64,000 nt of DNA from an uncultured archaeon (GCA_937921735.1 CAKZTQ010000032.1:1-64000), one strand, 5' to 3'; counted from the stretch's first letter, positions 8,452 to 18,495 are shown. The notes: a model not told the origin generated them from the sequence alone. Program-made: numbers and translations.

Positions 8452-9111
8452 ATGGGCGTGGTGGTGGATCAACCGTTTCAAATCCTCCTCGAGCTGGTGC
8501 AGGCCCACAAGCTGGATCCTTGGGACGTGGACATCGAGAGGCTCACCGACGTCTTCCTGCGCCGCATGCGCGAGCTCCGCGAGCTGGACATCAGGGTCTC
8601 CGGGAGGGCCCTCCTCTCGGCGTCCACCCTGCTGAGGATAAAGTCCGACCGCGCGCTCGACGGGGATGGGCACGGGCGGGTTGCTGAGGAGGAGCTCGAG
8701 GAGGTGCTGGACATAGATCTCCCGGAGCTTGGCCCTGTCCTGATGATACAGCGCGCCCCCCACATGATCACGCTCGCGGATCTCCTAAGCGGGCTCCGAG
8801 AGGCCCTGCGGGAGGCGCCCGCGGGGGCGAAGCCGGCGAGGAAGGAGATGGAGAAAATCGTGCGGGCGCTGAGCGAGTACCGCGTCAACATCGAGCGGCA
8901 CCTGCGCAGGCTGCACGAGCGAATAGCCAAGCTCGCCGCGGACGGGCGGAGGGTCACGATGTCGGAATTGCTGGAGGAGAGGACGAGGTTGGCCGTGGCG
9001 CGCACCCTGCTCCTCCTGCTCTTCCTGTGCGCGCGGAGGAAGATAGCGATCTGGCAGGAGGAGCCCTTGGGCGAGGTGTTCATCTCCCTGTTGGCGCCGC
9101 CGGGTGGTTGA
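8452..9111 (+). CDS. scpA: Kleisin ScpA
   Basis: LDPWDVDI, SGRALL.A..LLR.KS, C-terminal LLFL....I...QEE..GE. Follows smc. Confidence 0.9.
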   Translation: MGVVVDQPFQILLELVQAHKLDPWDVDIERLTDVFLRRMRELRELDIRVSGRALLSASTLLRIKSDRALDGDGHGRVAEEELEEVLDIDLPELGPVLMIQRAPHMITLADLLSGLREALREAPAGAKPARKEMEKIVRALSEYRVNIERHLRRLHERIAKLAADGRRVTMSELLEERTRLAVARTLLLLLFLCARRKIAIWQEEPLGEVFISLLAPPGG

Positions 9112-9622
9112 GGTGGGCGTGAAGGAGGATCGCTCGCTCCTGGAGGCCGCGCTTTACGCGGCCGACCGCCCCTTGAGCTTGGGCGAGCTCCGGAGGCTTC
9201 TGGGCACGTCCTCCGAGACCTACGTCCGCAAGCTGGTGGCGGAGCTCATGCGGAGCTACGAGAGGAACGGAGGCCCGCTGAAGCTGGTGGAGACGGCAAG
9301 GGATACCTTTGCCCTCACGCTCCGCGAGGACTACCTGCCGAAGGTCGAGGGCATCGCGCCAAAGGTCAAGCTCTCCCGTGGCGCCCTCAAGACTCTGGCG
9401 CTCATCGCTTACAAGCAGCCGATCCAGCAGTCGAAGCTGGCCGAGCTGCGCGGAGGGCGCGTCTACGAGCAGGTGAGGCAGCTCGTGGCGCTGGGCTTCG
9501 TGGAGTCCAAGCCCTTCGGCCGCACCAGGGTGCTCAGGACATCGAGCAAGTTCGCGGGCTACTTCGGCTTTGAGGACGACATGGATAAAATCCGCGAGCG
9601 CCTCGGGGAGCTCATGCGCTAG
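9104..9622 (+). CDS. scpB: Kite subunit ScpB
   Basis: LEAALYAA..PL, LKTLALIAYKQPI, L.T...F..YFG. Confidence 0.92.
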   Translation: MVEVGVKEDRSLLEAALYAADRPLSLGELRRLLGTSSETYVRKLVAELMRSYERNGGPLKLVETARDTFALTLREDYLPKVEGIAPKVKLSRGALKTLALIAYKQPIQQSKLAELRGGRVYEQVRQLVALGFVESKPFGRTRVLRTSSKFAGYFGFEDDMDKIRERLGELMR

Positions 9623-9697
9623 CGTCGCCGGCCTTCGTTCGGATGCCGCCCGGCACTTTTATTAAAGGAGAAGCCAAAGGTAAACCGCCGTGAATTG

Positions 9698-9952
9698 ATG
9701 GGAGGCGAAAAACTCAGGAGAAAGGGCCAAGTTCTCGAGGCGGCGGATGGATCGTTGCTGCTCGTCAACGAGGACAAGCAGGGTTTCAGGGTCGGCGAGG
9801 GCGTCGTCGTGATTTGGGACATGTGCGAGGGGAGAACGGAGGATGAGGTCTCACGGGAACTTGCCTCCCGGAGCGAGCTGGACCTCGAACAGATCAAGCC
9901 CATAGTCGCCGAGATCGTCGCCAAGCTCAAGGAAGCCAAGCTGGTCGAGTAG
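9698..9952 (+). CDS. PqqD/RRE-like small winged-helix protein
   Basis: LLLVN....F.V......IWDMCEGRT...V...L...........V..IV.KL.E..LVE pattern. Confidence 0.65.
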   Translation: MGGEKLRRKGQVLEAADGSLLLVNEDKQGFRVGEGVVVIWDMCEGRTEDEVSRELASRSELDLEQIKPIVAEIVAKLKEAKLVE

Positions 9953-10085
9953 GGGCACCAATCCGTTGCACGGTCCTTGGCCGAGGCCCCCAATGCGTTT
10001 GACCTAGTTCACGTTGGGTGGTCGCTAGTTGAGCTGAAGGCAACGCTTTTAACGCGGAGGGAAAAATGGTTGAGGGCGTGACCAA

Positions 10086-10532
10086 ATGGGAAGGTGGCAG
10101 GGAAGATCGCTGACGAAGCCCACGGGCGGGAGGATTTGGGCGAGGCGCAAGAAGCGCAAGAGGGAGATGGGCAGCGATTTCATAGAGACCCACATAGGTC
10201 CCGCCCAACGCGTTCTCCACAGGGTGAAGGGCGGGGGCGTGAAGTGCAGGCTTTCCGCCGCCGACGTTGCGAACGTGCTGGACCCCAGGACCGGGCGGGC
10301 GAGGAAGGCGAGGATATTGACGGTGGTGGAGAATCCCGCGGACCCGCACTTCGTGCGCAGAAACGTGCTGACGAGGGGAGCGGTGATAGAGACGGAGATC
10401 GGGAGGGCAAAGGTGACGAGCAGGCCCGGACAAAACGGGGTCATAAACGCCATCCTGCTGGAGCAGGCGAGGGAGCCTGAGGCCAAGCCGACCGAGGAGG
10501 CAAGCGCCGAGGGAGAAGCCGCCGGGAAGTAG
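10086..10532 (+). CDS. rps8e: 30S ribosomal protein S8e
   Basis: KPTGGR, KRKREMG, ENPA...FVRRN.LT.GAVIET, TSRPGQ.G.INA. Confidence 0.97.
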   Translation: MGRWQGRSLTKPTGGRIWARRKKRKREMGSDFIETHIGPAQRVLHRVKGGGVKCRLSAADVANVLDPRTGRARKARILTVVENPADPHFVRRNVLTRGAVIETEIGRAKVTSRPGQNGVINAILLEQAREPEAKPTEEASAEGEAAGK

Positions 10533-10544
10533 TCCCGACCCCTT

Positions 10545-10961
10545 TCACAACGTCTGCTGCCTTCCCCTTCCGACGATGTGCACGACCTCCCAGCCCTGCC
10601 CGCGCAACCGCTTGGCTATGAACCTGCGGTGGCACCCGCTGGGATAGGCCTCGACGCACATAAGCGCCGCGACCTTCTTCCGCGCCAGCTCCTTGAGGCG
10701 CCTGAGCCCAAGCTTAAACTCCTCGCTCCGCATGTAGGCCTCGTAGCCGCCCCTGCGGTATCCCCCGAGCTCCCTGATGTGGACGTAATCGATGCCTCGA
10801 GGGGGCAACGCGACCTCGAGGTTCTCCCTCACGAACTCCGGCCACTTGGAGGTGGGAAACGCGCGGACGTCCACCACCAGCTCCACGCCGAAGCGCTTCA
10901 GCAGCTCGACGAAGTCCTCGAACCTTCGATTGCCGTAGCCGATGGTGTATATCCTCGGCGT
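10545..10961 (-). CDS. DUF488 family protein (probable ACG start)
   Basis: IYTIGY...VDVR.FP.S, LGG.R, MC.E.....CHR. The conserved N-terminus extends upstream of the first canonical start. Confidence 0.85.
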   Translation of the reverse strand, partial: TPRIYTIGYGNRRFEDFVELLKRFGVELVVDVRAFPTSKWPEFVRENLEVALPPRGIDYVHIRELGGYRRGGYEAYMRSEEFKLGLRRLKELARKKVAALMCVEAYPSGCHRRFIAKRLRGQGWEVVHIVGRGRQQTL

Positions 10962-11027
10962 GGCAACCCCCTTCGAGCTTGGTCGCCAAACCTTTTAAGG
11001 CGCCCGGGCGAACTTCTGGAGGTGCGC

Positions 11028-11828
11028 ATGCCCCAAATCCAGGTGACGCTAACCCCGGCGGAGTCCAAGCGCCTGATCGCTAAGGCCGTCGCCAAGCTCG
11101 AGGAGGTGCGGAGGGCGCTTAGGGAGGGGATAATCGTCATCTCCGTGGGTTCGACCACCGCCTACGTGGCTGAGGAGCTTCTTGGGCTGAGGATGGAGCG
11201 CGAGAAGTTCCTTGCGGGCGTGGTGCTGCCGAAGGGCACCTGCGTCTTGCCCCCGAAGATGCGCCTCCGGGAGATAGTGGTCCGCAAGGGGGAGGTCATC
11301 GATGCTAGGGCGGACGACGTGCTACCTGAGATGGGTCCTGGCGACGTCTTCATCAAGGGCGCCAATGCCATCGACGCCAGCGGCGTGGCCGGGGTTTTCT
11401 TGGCGGACCCCAAGGGCGGCACGGTGGGAAGGTCGTTGGGCGCGGTGATGTCGAAGGGCATCAACCTCATAATCCCCGTGGGCTTGGAGAAGTTTGTACC
11501 GGGCAGCTTGATCAGGCTCGCCGCGATCGCGGGCATCGAGAGGGCATCCTTCGCCACGGGTGTGCCCCTAGGCCTCATGCCCCTCACCGGCAAGGTGGTG
11601 ACGGAGCTGGAGGCGATAGAGATCCTGACGGGTGCGGAGGCAATGGCGATGGGAAAGGGAGGTCTCTCGGGCGCGGAGGGGAGCGTGACGCTGCTGGTGC
11701 GGGGGTCGCGGGAGCAGCTGGAAAACCTCAAGGCGCTGGTGGACTCCATCAAGGGCGAGAGCTATCCGAAGGTGGAGACGGACTGCGATGCCTGCGAAAA
11801 CCCCACCTGCTGGCTGAGGAAGCGGTGA
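11028..11828 (+). CDS. Conserved hypothetical protein (NagB/RpiA/CoA-transferase-like fold suspected) with C-terminal CxxCxxxxC
   Basis: LTPAESKRLIAKAV, DVFIKGANAID, PVGLEK motifs; RBS GGAGGTG. Confidence 0.7.
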   Translation: MPQIQVTLTPAESKRLIAKAVAKLEEVRRALREGIIVISVGSTTAYVAEELLGLRMEREKFLAGVVLPKGTCVLPPKMRLREIVVRKGEVIDARADDVLPEMGPGDVFIKGANAIDASGVAGVFLADPKGGTVGRSLGAVMSKGINLIIPVGLEKFVPGSLIRLAAIAGIERASFATGVPLGLMPLTGKVVTELEAIEILTGAEAMAMGKGGLSGAEGSVTLLVRGSREQLENLKALVDSIKGESYPKVETDCDACENPTCWLRKR

Positions 11829-12164
11829 TCAGCCCTTGCCCTCGTACGTTCGGAGCTTGAACTTGTACTCCGCCGGCGCTGCCTCCCTCACCATCTTGGA
11901 GCCCGCCACTACCTCGTCGACGCTATGAACGACGCCGCCCCACTCCTCTATGGCCGCGCGGATCTTGCCGTAGTCCAACTCGCCGTCTATCGTCACCTTG
12001 ACCGTCTCGGTGTCCCTATCTATCTCTATCAGCGTGACGTTCACCCCCTCCACCCCGGGCATGGAGCTCAGCTTGGTCGCGAACTCCGGCAAGGTGGGGG
12101 TGTGGGGCTTCAGCACGTCGAGCACCAGCCTGCGAAGCTTGGCTGAATTCGACTTCCTACCCAC
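11829..12164 (-). CDS. DUF211 family protein
   Basis: RRLVLDVLKPH.P, GGVVHSVDEVVAG. Confidence 0.9.
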   Translation of the reverse strand: MGRKSNSAKLRRLVLDVLKPHTPTLPEFATKLSSMPGVEGVNVTLIEIDRDTETVKVTIDGELDYGKIRAAIEEWGGVVHSVDEVVAGSKMVREAAPAEYKFKLRTYEGKG

Positions 12165-12242
12165 GGGATCATCGCCTTTTATATATTCCGAAACGCTTAT
12201 TAAGTAGTAGTTGGCCTCGATTTAAAACTTTTGGGCGAAAGG

Positions 12243-12509
12243 ATGCGAAGGTTAGGTAAGGTAGTCCACTTCACCAAGCGCGGCTTGGTGATACGCCTCG
12301 AGCGCGAGCCCAAGCTCGGGGAAGCCATATATAATGGGGAGCGCAGGCGGGTGGGCCAGCTGCTGGACATATTCGGGCCCGTGAGCAGCCCCTACGCGCT
12401 GGTGAGGCCCGCGCGCGAGATCGCCACCGAAGAGCTGGCCGCGCTGGTGGGCGAGGAGTTGTTCACCTCGGAGGGGAAATCCCATGGAAAGGGTAGAAAA
12501 GCAAAATAA
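12243..12509 (+). CDS. gar1: H/ACA RNP protein Gar1
   Basis: MRRLG.V.H, VG...DIFGPV..PY; conserved position upstream of tfb. Confidence 0.9.
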   Translation: MRRLGKVVHFTKRGLVIRLEREPKLGEAIYNGERRRVGQLLDIFGPVSSPYALVRPAREIATEELAALVGEELFTSEGKSHGKGRKAK

Positions 12510-13404
12510 GTGCCCGGAATGCGGCGGGACGAAGCTCGTGCGCGATTACGAGCGAGCCGAGCTAGTCTGCGCTAGCTGCGGCTTGGTCATCTACGACAAG
12601 ATCATGGACATGGGACCGGAGTGGAGGGCCTTCGACCAGGAGCAGAGGGATAAGAGGGGTAGGGTAGGCGCGCCCATGACGTATACCATCCACGACAAGG
12701 GGCTCTCGACGATGATCGACTGGCGGGATCGCGATAGCCACGGCAAGGACCTAACGCCCAAGCGGAGGGCGCAGATCTACCGCCTGCGCAAGTGGCAGCG
12801 CCGCATCCGCGTCTCCGACGCCACCGAGCGCAACCTCGCTTTCGCACTCTCGGAGCTCGACCGCATGGCCTCGCACCTCGGGCTGCCGCGCAACGTCAGG
12901 GAGACGGCCGCGGTGATCTACAGGCGGGCGGTGGAGGAGAGGTTGATCCGAGGGCGGTCGATAGAGGGGGTCGCCGCGGCGGCGCTCTACGCGGCTTGCA
13001 GGGAGTGTAAGGTCCCCCGCACGCTCGATGAGATCGCCGAGGTCTCCCGCGTGGGCAAGAAGGAGATCGGGCGCAGCTACCGCTTCATCACGAGGGAGCT
13101 GCTGATGCACCTGCGACCGACGAGCCCAATGGACTACGTCCCCCGCTTCGGCAGCGAGCTCGGGTTGAGCGGGGAGGTGCAGTCGAAGGCGATAGAGTTG
13201 CTGAAGGAGGCGAGCAAGAAGGGGCTGACCTCAGGGCGAGGTCCTACGGGCGTGGCGGCGGCGGCGATATACATCGCGAGCGTGCTCTGTGGCGAGCGGA
13301 GGACTCAGCGCGACGTCGCGGAGGTGGCGCGGGTTACGGAGGTCACAGTGAGGAACCGCTACAAGGAACTTTGCGAGAAGCTGGGGCTAGATGTTGAGCT
13401 TTAG
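12484..13404 (+). CDS. tfb: Transcription initiation factor IIB
   Basis: CPECG Zn ribbon, GPEWRAF, two cyclin repeats, [13 protein letters not shown]. Confidence 0.98.
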   Translation: MERVEKQNKCPECGGTKLVRDYERAELVCASCGLVIYDKIMDMGPEWRAFDQEQRDKRGRVGAPMTYTIHDKGLSTMIDWRDRDSHGKDLTPKRRAQIYRLRKWQRRIRVSDATERNLAFALSELDRMASHLGLPRNVRETAAVIYRRAVEERLIRGRSIEGVAAAALYAACRECKVPRTLDEIAEVSRVGKKEIGRSYRFITRELLMHLRPTSPMDYVPRFGSELGLSGEVQSKAIELLKEASKKGLTSGRGPTGVAAAAIYIASVLCGERRTQRDVAEVARVTEVTVRNRYKELCEKLGLDVEL

Positions 13405-13455
13405 GGCCCTTGCGGAAGGCAAAATAGGTCAGCCGCCAGAGATTAATCGAGCACC

Positions 13456-13881
13456 ATGCGAGGAACCTACGCCCTTCTCGTGCACGTGCCCTACGACCTA
13501 GCCATCACCGTGGGCGAGCTGGGCACGCTCAGCTTCAGGGCGGGCTACTACGTTTACGTCGGCTCGGCTCTAGGGGGCCTCGAAGCCCGCGTGAGGCGCC
13601 ACCTTAGAGCAGAGAAGGCGCTGCGCTGGCACATCGACTACCTCCTCGCTAGGGCGCGGGCGGTGGACGTGGTGTTCGCTAGGTCGGACGAGAGGAAGGA
13701 GTGCGAGATCGCCGCCGAGTTGTCGAAGCACCTCGAGGGCGTCCGCGGCTTCGGGTCGAGCGATTGCCGTTGCGAGACCCACCTCTTTTACGGCCCCGAC
13801 CTCAACGAGCTGCTTAGGCGGGTGCTCCTGAGCTTCAAGGCGAGCGGGCTGAAGCCGGCCAAGGGTGGTACCTTTGGGTAG
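13456..13881 (+). CDS. GIY-YIG nuclease-like DUF123 protein
   Basis: GTY.L, YVYVGSA, RWHIDYLL, GFGSSDC.C..HL. Confidence 0.88.
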   Translation: MRGTYALLVHVPYDLAITVGELGTLSFRAGYYVYVGSALGGLEARVRRHLRAEKALRWHIDYLLARARAVDVVFARSDERKECEIAAELSKHLEGVRGFGSSDCRCETHLFYGPDLNELLRRVLLSFKASGLKPAKGGTFG

Positions 13882-14488
13882 GCGTTGGCAGCTCGAGCGA
13901 AGGCGTGACCACTTCTACCGCATGGCTAAGAGCGAGGGCTACAGGTCGCGGGCTGCCTTCAAGCTCAAGCAGCTTGACGAGCGCTACCATCTGCTCGCCC
14001 CGGGGCAGGTGGTCGTCGACCTCGGCGCGGCGCCCGGCGGCTGGCTTCAGGTGGCCCGCGAGAGGGTGGGCGACGAGGGCTTCGTGCTCGGCGTCGACCT
14101 TCAGGCGATAGCCGGGCTACCCTACGAGAACGTTGTCACGCTCGTCGGGGATATCACCGACGCCTCCACGCAGGAGCTCATAAGGGCCAAGTTGCCCAGG
14201 CCGGCGGACGTCTTGCTCTCCGATGCCTCGCCCGACATCTCCGGCATCTGGGACGTCGACCACGCGAGGTCGATGGAGCTCGCCAGGGCAGCGCTGGCGA
14301 TCGCGGACGCCGCGCTGGTGCCAGGTGGGAAGCTGCTGCTCAAGGTCTTTCAGGGCGCGATGTTTGGGGAGCTTCTGTCCGAGCTCAAGCGGAGGTTCAG
14401 CTCGGTCAAGGTGACGAAGCCGGTCGCCTCCCGCAAGCGGAGCGCGGAGGTTTACATCGTCGCCGAGGGCTTCAGGAGATCTCGATAG
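13865..14488 (+). CDS. rlmE: 23S rRNA Um2552 2'-O-methyltransferase (RlmE/FtsJ)
   Basis: YRSRAAFKL, DLGAAPGGW, SD.SP, KVFQG, KP.ASR..S.E.Y. Confidence 0.95.
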   Translation: MVPLGRRWQLERRRDHFYRMAKSEGYRSRAAFKLKQLDERYHLLAPGQVVVDLGAAPGGWLQVARERVGDEGFVLGVDLQAIAGLPYENVVTLVGDITDASTQELIRAKLPRPADVLLSDASPDISGIWDVDHARSMELARAALAIADAALVPGGKLLLKVFQGAMFGELLSELKRRFSSVKVTKPVASRKRSAEVYIVAEGFRRSR

Positions 14489-14858
14489 CCTGTCCGCGCA
14501 CCTTGGGCAGGGTCACCTTGAGCACGCCGTTCTCCTGTCTCGCCGAGACTTGCTCGGCCCTGACCGCGCAGGGTAGGGGTATCACCCTGTAGAAGCGGTC
14601 GACCCGCTCCCTGACTATGGCTTCCTTCGGGGTTTCCCTCCTCGCCTCTAGCTCCAGCGAGTCGCTGAAGGCCCTGAGCCTCACGTCCTCCCTCCTCACG
14701 CCAGGCAGGTCCACGTAAACCTCTAGGCTCTCGCCCTCGTCGCAGATGTCCACGCTCGGCTCGAAGGGGAACTCGAACGGGATGCGCCACGGCCAAGGTC
14801 CCCGCGGTATGAGCGGAGGGCGCGGGTAGCCTAGCCCCCAAGTTCTCTCATAAGCCAC
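14472..14858 (-). CDS. Small heat shock protein (Hsp20)
   Basis: VDLPGV..EDV, F.R.I.LP, A...NGVL.VTLPK. Confidence 0.9.
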   Translation of the reverse strand: MAYERTWGLGYPRPPLIPRGPWPWRIPFEFPFEPSVDICDEGESLEVYVDLPGVRREDVRLRAFSDSLELEARRETPKEAIVRERVDRFYRVIPLPCAVRAEQVSARQENGVLKVTLPKVRGQAIEIS

Positions 14859-14898
14859 ATTGACCACCAATTTTAGAATTGGCACGGGAAAAGAAAAA

Positions 14899-16077
14899 TT
14901 ACCTCGACGGAGAAACCTCCTTCAAAAAGCTGAGCACTTCATCCAGCGGGGCGTCGGTCCTTAGCCCGATCGGAGAGAAGTGAGTGCGCGAGGCGAAGTA
15001 CCCCTTTGCCTTAAGCCCCTCGAGGAGCCTAGCGAGCTTGGGCGGTGATGCCCCGGCCCTCCTGGCTAGCTCGTGGACGTCGTAGAAGGTTTGGGGCCCC
15101 TCCCCCTCCTCGGCCAACCTGTTCAAGAGCTCGAGGGCGCTCCCGCCGAGCCTGAAGTGGCGCGAGGCCAGGTCCGCGGCCACGCGTTCGACGAACCCCT
15201 TATCGACCAGGCGTCCTAGCCACAAGGGTCCGGCGTGCGCAAGCCGTTCGCCGCATTCGCAGAAGCTGGGCAGCTCCGCGGCGATGCCCTTGGTCACCGT
15301 CCTCCGTCCGCAGGAGAAGCAGTGGGAGATGTAGCCCTGCTGGGCCATGACCTCGTCCACCCTCTTGGCGCCCGCCGAGGCTCGAAGGTAGATCCTGAAG
15401 TAGTGCATGGTGCTATGGGCCAAAAGCGGGGTCAACGCTAGCTCGTGCTTACCGCCCATCCGCTGGCAGAAGCCGATCAGGATCCTGACGCCTAGCTCGT
15501 GGCAGTACTCGGTCCTCATCGAGCGTGCCCCGTACCTCCGCAGGCAGGCCTTGGGGTGGGTGCCGCAGAGAGGGGCGGTGTCGGTTGCGGTTAACATCAC
15601 CACGCCCCCGCGGGCGATGGCGCTGCAGGCAGCGTCGACGAACGGCGCGGGCGAACCGAAGGGGTCGAGGTCCACGACGTGGAACTTGGGCTTGAAGCTC
15701 CAGAGGAGGGCATTCGCGTCCTCGTTCCTGATCTCCACGAGGTCGGCGAGGTCATTGAGCGCGACGTTCCTGCGGATGAACTCGAGGGCGTCGGGCGAGC
15801 GATCGTTGACCACGACCTTGGAGATGCCCTTCACCTCCCTCGCGTAGCGCAGCCCTCGCGCCCCCACGCCGGCGAGCGGGTCGCATATGCGGAGGGCCCC
15901 GAGCTCGTTAGCGAGAACCTGAACCACGGAGACGGAGATATCGCGGCACAGCTCCATCAAGGGGTTGTAGAACACTCGCGTGAGGGAGGGGGCATAGTCG
16001 CCCGCCGGCGTGCGGAATCGCTCGAGCTCCGGGACCTCGAGCCTTGTGGTGCCTTCCGTTATGAGTTGCGAGGTCAT
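14899..16077 (-). CDS. trm1: tRNA (guanine-26-N2)-dimethyltransferase
   Basis: VFYNP.M...RD, G.RGLRY, DLDPFGSP.PF, TATD, HE.G.RIL, GPLWLG. Confidence 0.95.
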   Translation of the reverse strand: MTSQLITEGTTRLEVPELERFRTPAGDYAPSLTRVFYNPLMELCRDISVSVVQVLANELGALRICDPLAGVGARGLRYAREVKGISKVVVNDRSPDALEFIRRNVALNDLADLVEIRNEDANALLWSFKPKFHVVDLDPFGSPAPFVDAACSAIARGGVVMLTATDTAPLCGTHPKACLRRYGARSMRTEYCHELGVRILIGFCQRMGGKHELALTPLLAHSTMHYFRIYLRASAGAKRVDEVMAQQGYISHCFSCGRRTVTKGIAAELPSFCECGERLAHAGPLWLGRLVDKGFVERVAADLASRHFRLGGSALELLNRLAEEGEGPQTFYDVHELARRAGASPPKLARLLEGLKAKGYFASRTHFSPIGLRTDAPLDEVLSFLKEVSPSR

Positions 16078-16213
16078 GTTCTCAAGATTTGTACGTTCGC
16101 GCAAGTCTAATTCCTTACGCCGCGGCCTTCGGTCTGCATCCATCCGCCGACTTAATCGAAAGAAAATCGTGAAAAGGGAAACCTTAGATAACGAAAGCAA
16201 ATTATGAGCAAAA

Positions 16214-16459
16214 TTACGAGATTTCTACCTTGCTCCCCACCGCCCAGCCGGGAAGCCCCACCCGGAAGCGGGCGCGATAGCCTCGGCTGCCGTGGGTGTC
16301 CACGATTTCGCCTAGGACCCGGCTGCCCGAGTGCGGGTTGTGCCAAATGACCTTCCTGCCCACGAGCGTCCCTTTAACTTCCCCCAGAGGCCTGATGATG
16401 ACCTCTCGCCCGTAGCGCGTCCTGGGCCCGCCTCGAAAGTTCACGATCACCGCTTCCAT
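16214..16459 (-). CDS. rpl35ae: 50S ribosomal protein L35Ae
   Basis: IVNFRGG, LVGRKV.W, G.I...HG..G..RARF...LPG. Confidence 0.9.
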   Translation of the reverse strand: MEAVIVNFRGGPRTRYGREVIIRPLGEVKGTLVGRKVIWHNPHSGSRVLGEIVDTHGSRGYRARFRVGLPGWAVGSKVEIS

Positions 16460-16995
16460 CGCAACACCTCCTCCACCATCCTCGCGAGCTCCTCGGGCAA
16501 CCTCCCCCTGTTGCTCGGCGTGACCTCGAAGATCCTGACGTCCCGCCTGGACTTGACCTCACCTATGAAGCCGGTGGTCGTGCGCTGGTGTATCACCGCA
16601 AGCAGGGGCTTGGACGAGTTGAGCGCCGCGAGCACCGCGCGCTTGAAGCCCTCGCTGTGGACCTCCATCGGGGCGATCTCGTCTATCACCACGAAGTCCG
16701 CCCCCTCCAGCGCCCGCGCGATTGAGGCCTCGCTCATGGTGTCGACGTTTGGAACGTTTACGCGGTACTTGCTGACCAAGGGGCCAACCGGCTGGTCCAC
16801 GTGCGCCAGGATTCGCTCCTCGCCCGTCATGAGGTCCACCATCTTGAAGCCCACGCGCACGCCTCGCTCGCGGATCTCTGGGCAGTAGAGCCCTCCAGGC
16901 TTGTAACCTCGTGACCGCAGCAGCGCCACCGCCCCCTCTATGACCGAGGTCTTTCCGCTTCCTGGGCGCCCGGTGACGAGGAAGTTGTTGGGCAT
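16447..16995 (-). CDS. THEP1-family nucleoside triphosphatase
   Basis: TGRPGSGKT, R.GF, IDEIAPME. Confidence 0.9.
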   Translation of the reverse strand: MPNNFLVTGRPGSGKTSVIEGAVALLRSRGYKPGGLYCPEIRERGVRVGFKMVDLMTGEERILAHVDQPVGPLVSKYRVNVPNVDTMSEASIARALEGADFVVIDEIAPMEVHSEGFKRAVLAALNSSKPLLAVIHQRTTTGFIGEVKSRRDVRIFEVTPSNRGRLPEELARMVEEVLRWKR

Positions 16996-17054
16996 CCTCC
17001 CGACCCAAAGGTTTGAAATCCACCGGCGAACAATTCTGTACGAGTTTGATAATA

Positions 17055-17786
17055 ATGTTGACGGACGTGCGGTTGAGCAAGCAGCGGCTGAGGGAGCGCA
17101 TCTGGGGGGAGCTGGAGGCCAAGGGCGTCGTCTCGTTTCCCAAGCCGGCCCACGGGCGCATCCCGAACTTCGTTGGAAGCGACATAGCGGCCGAAAGGCT
17201 TCGCTCGCTCCCCGCTTATCTGTCGGCGGACGTCGTCATGGCAAACCCGGATGCCGCCCAGCTGGCCGTCAGGAGGCTAGCGCTGGCGGACGGCAAGAGG
17301 TTGCTGATGGCATCCCCCCGCCTTCGAAAGGGCTTCATCCTCCTCGACCCGAGAGGCATCCGAGACGTAAGGCGGGCGGCCACGATTCGGGGCGCATTCA
17401 AATACGGGCGCACCGTCGACCTGAGGAAGATAAAGGTGGACCTCGTAGTCGAGGGCTCGGTGGCGGTGGACTTAAGGGGCGGGCGTTTGGGCAAGGGAGG
17501 AGGGTTCGGCGACCTGGAGGTGGCGATCCTCATGGAGGCCGGTGCGATGGACGATGCCACTCCCGTGGTGACAACGGTGCACGAGCTGCAGGTCGTCGAG
17601 AGCGTGCCGATGGCTGAGCACGACGTACCCGTCGACTTCATCCTGACGCCCGAGAGGACGATCGAGGTCACGCACGGCCATCGAAGGCCTCGCGGCATAG
17701 TATGGCGGCTACTTCCGACCGACGTATTTAAGCGGATGCCGATACTCGCTGAACTGAGGCGAGAGGTTGATAGCCGGCGTGGATGA
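17055..17786 (+). CDS. 5-formyltetrahydrofolate cyclo-ligase family (MTHFSD-like)
   Basis: GRIPNF.G, NPD..Q, GSVAV...G.RLGKG.GF.DLE, HD.PVD. Confidence 0.9.
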   Translation: MLTDVRLSKQRLRERIWGELEAKGVVSFPKPAHGRIPNFVGSDIAAERLRSLPAYLSADVVMANPDAAQLAVRRLALADGKRLLMASPRLRKGFILLDPRGIRDVRRAATIRGAFKYGRTVDLRKIKVDLVVEGSVAVDLRGGRLGKGGGFGDLEVAILMEAGAMDDATPVVTTVHELQVVESVPMAEHDVPVDFILTPERTIEVTHGHRRPRGIVWRLLPTDVFKRMPILAELRREVDSRRG

Positions 17787-18414
17787 GGCGGGTAGGGGTC
17801 CCGTCCTCGGCCCCCTGGTGCTCTGCGGGGTCATGTTCGACGAAGGGGCGCTGGAGGAGCTGAGGTCCGCGGGGGTCAGGGATTCGAAGCTCCTAAGCCC
17901 GAGGAGGCGAGAGGCCCTGGCCAAGTTCATCGTGGGCAGGGCTAAAGGGGTCGAGGTGATCGAGCTCTCGCCGGAGGAGATAGACGAATTCAGGCTGGTC
18001 AAAAAGGTCAACCTCAACGAGGTCGAGGCGTTGAACGTCGCCAAGATCATAGATCACCTTCGGCCGAGGGTGGCGTTCGTAGACTCCGCCGACCCTGACC
18101 CGGCGATGTTCGAGGCTAGGATCAGGCGGTACCTCAGGAGCAAGCCCAAGCTGGTGGTCGAGAGCTATGCCGACCGCAGGTACATCGCCGTCTCGGCGGC
18201 GTCCATCGTCGCCAAGGTCAGGAGGGACGCCAGGATGGCCGAGCTCCGTCGAAGGTACGGGGACCTCGGCAGCGGGTACAGCTCGGACCCGCGGACCATC
18301 GCCTTCCTCGAGCGATGGGTTCGGGAGCGAGGCAAGCTGCCGGAGTTCGCTCGCCGCTCCTGGGAGACCGCGAGGCGCATCGAGGAGCAGCTGAGGCAGC
18401 GGAGGTTGGTTTGA
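17767..18414 (+). CDS. rnhB: Ribonuclease HII
   Basis: GVDEAGRGPVLGP, DSK.L, SAASIVAKV.RD, GSGY.SD. Confidence 0.97.
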   Translation: MIAGVDEAGRGPVLGPLVLCGVMFDEGALEELRSAGVRDSKLLSPRRREALAKFIVGRAKGVEVIELSPEEIDEFRLVKKVNLNEVEALNVAKIIDHLRPRVAFVDSADPDPAMFEARIRRYLRSKPKLVVESYADRRYIAVSAASIVAKVRRDARMAELRRRYGDLGSGYSSDPRTIAFLERWVRERGKLPEFARRSWETARRIEEQLRQRRLV

Positions 18415-18495
18415 GCCCATCCGTTCGATCAGCTCGAAGACGCCTAAAGAGCACAGGCTAACCTGTACCCGAGACCAAAAGGGTTTTTAACGAAT

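Noticed and set aside
9952-9991. Hairpin GGGGC..CCAA-GGA-CCG-loop-CGG-A-TTGG..GCCCC (minus strand), SECIS- or H/ACA-like
   Set aside because: GGA rather than GAA, no selenoprotein ORF on that strand and no ACA box. Insufficient support.
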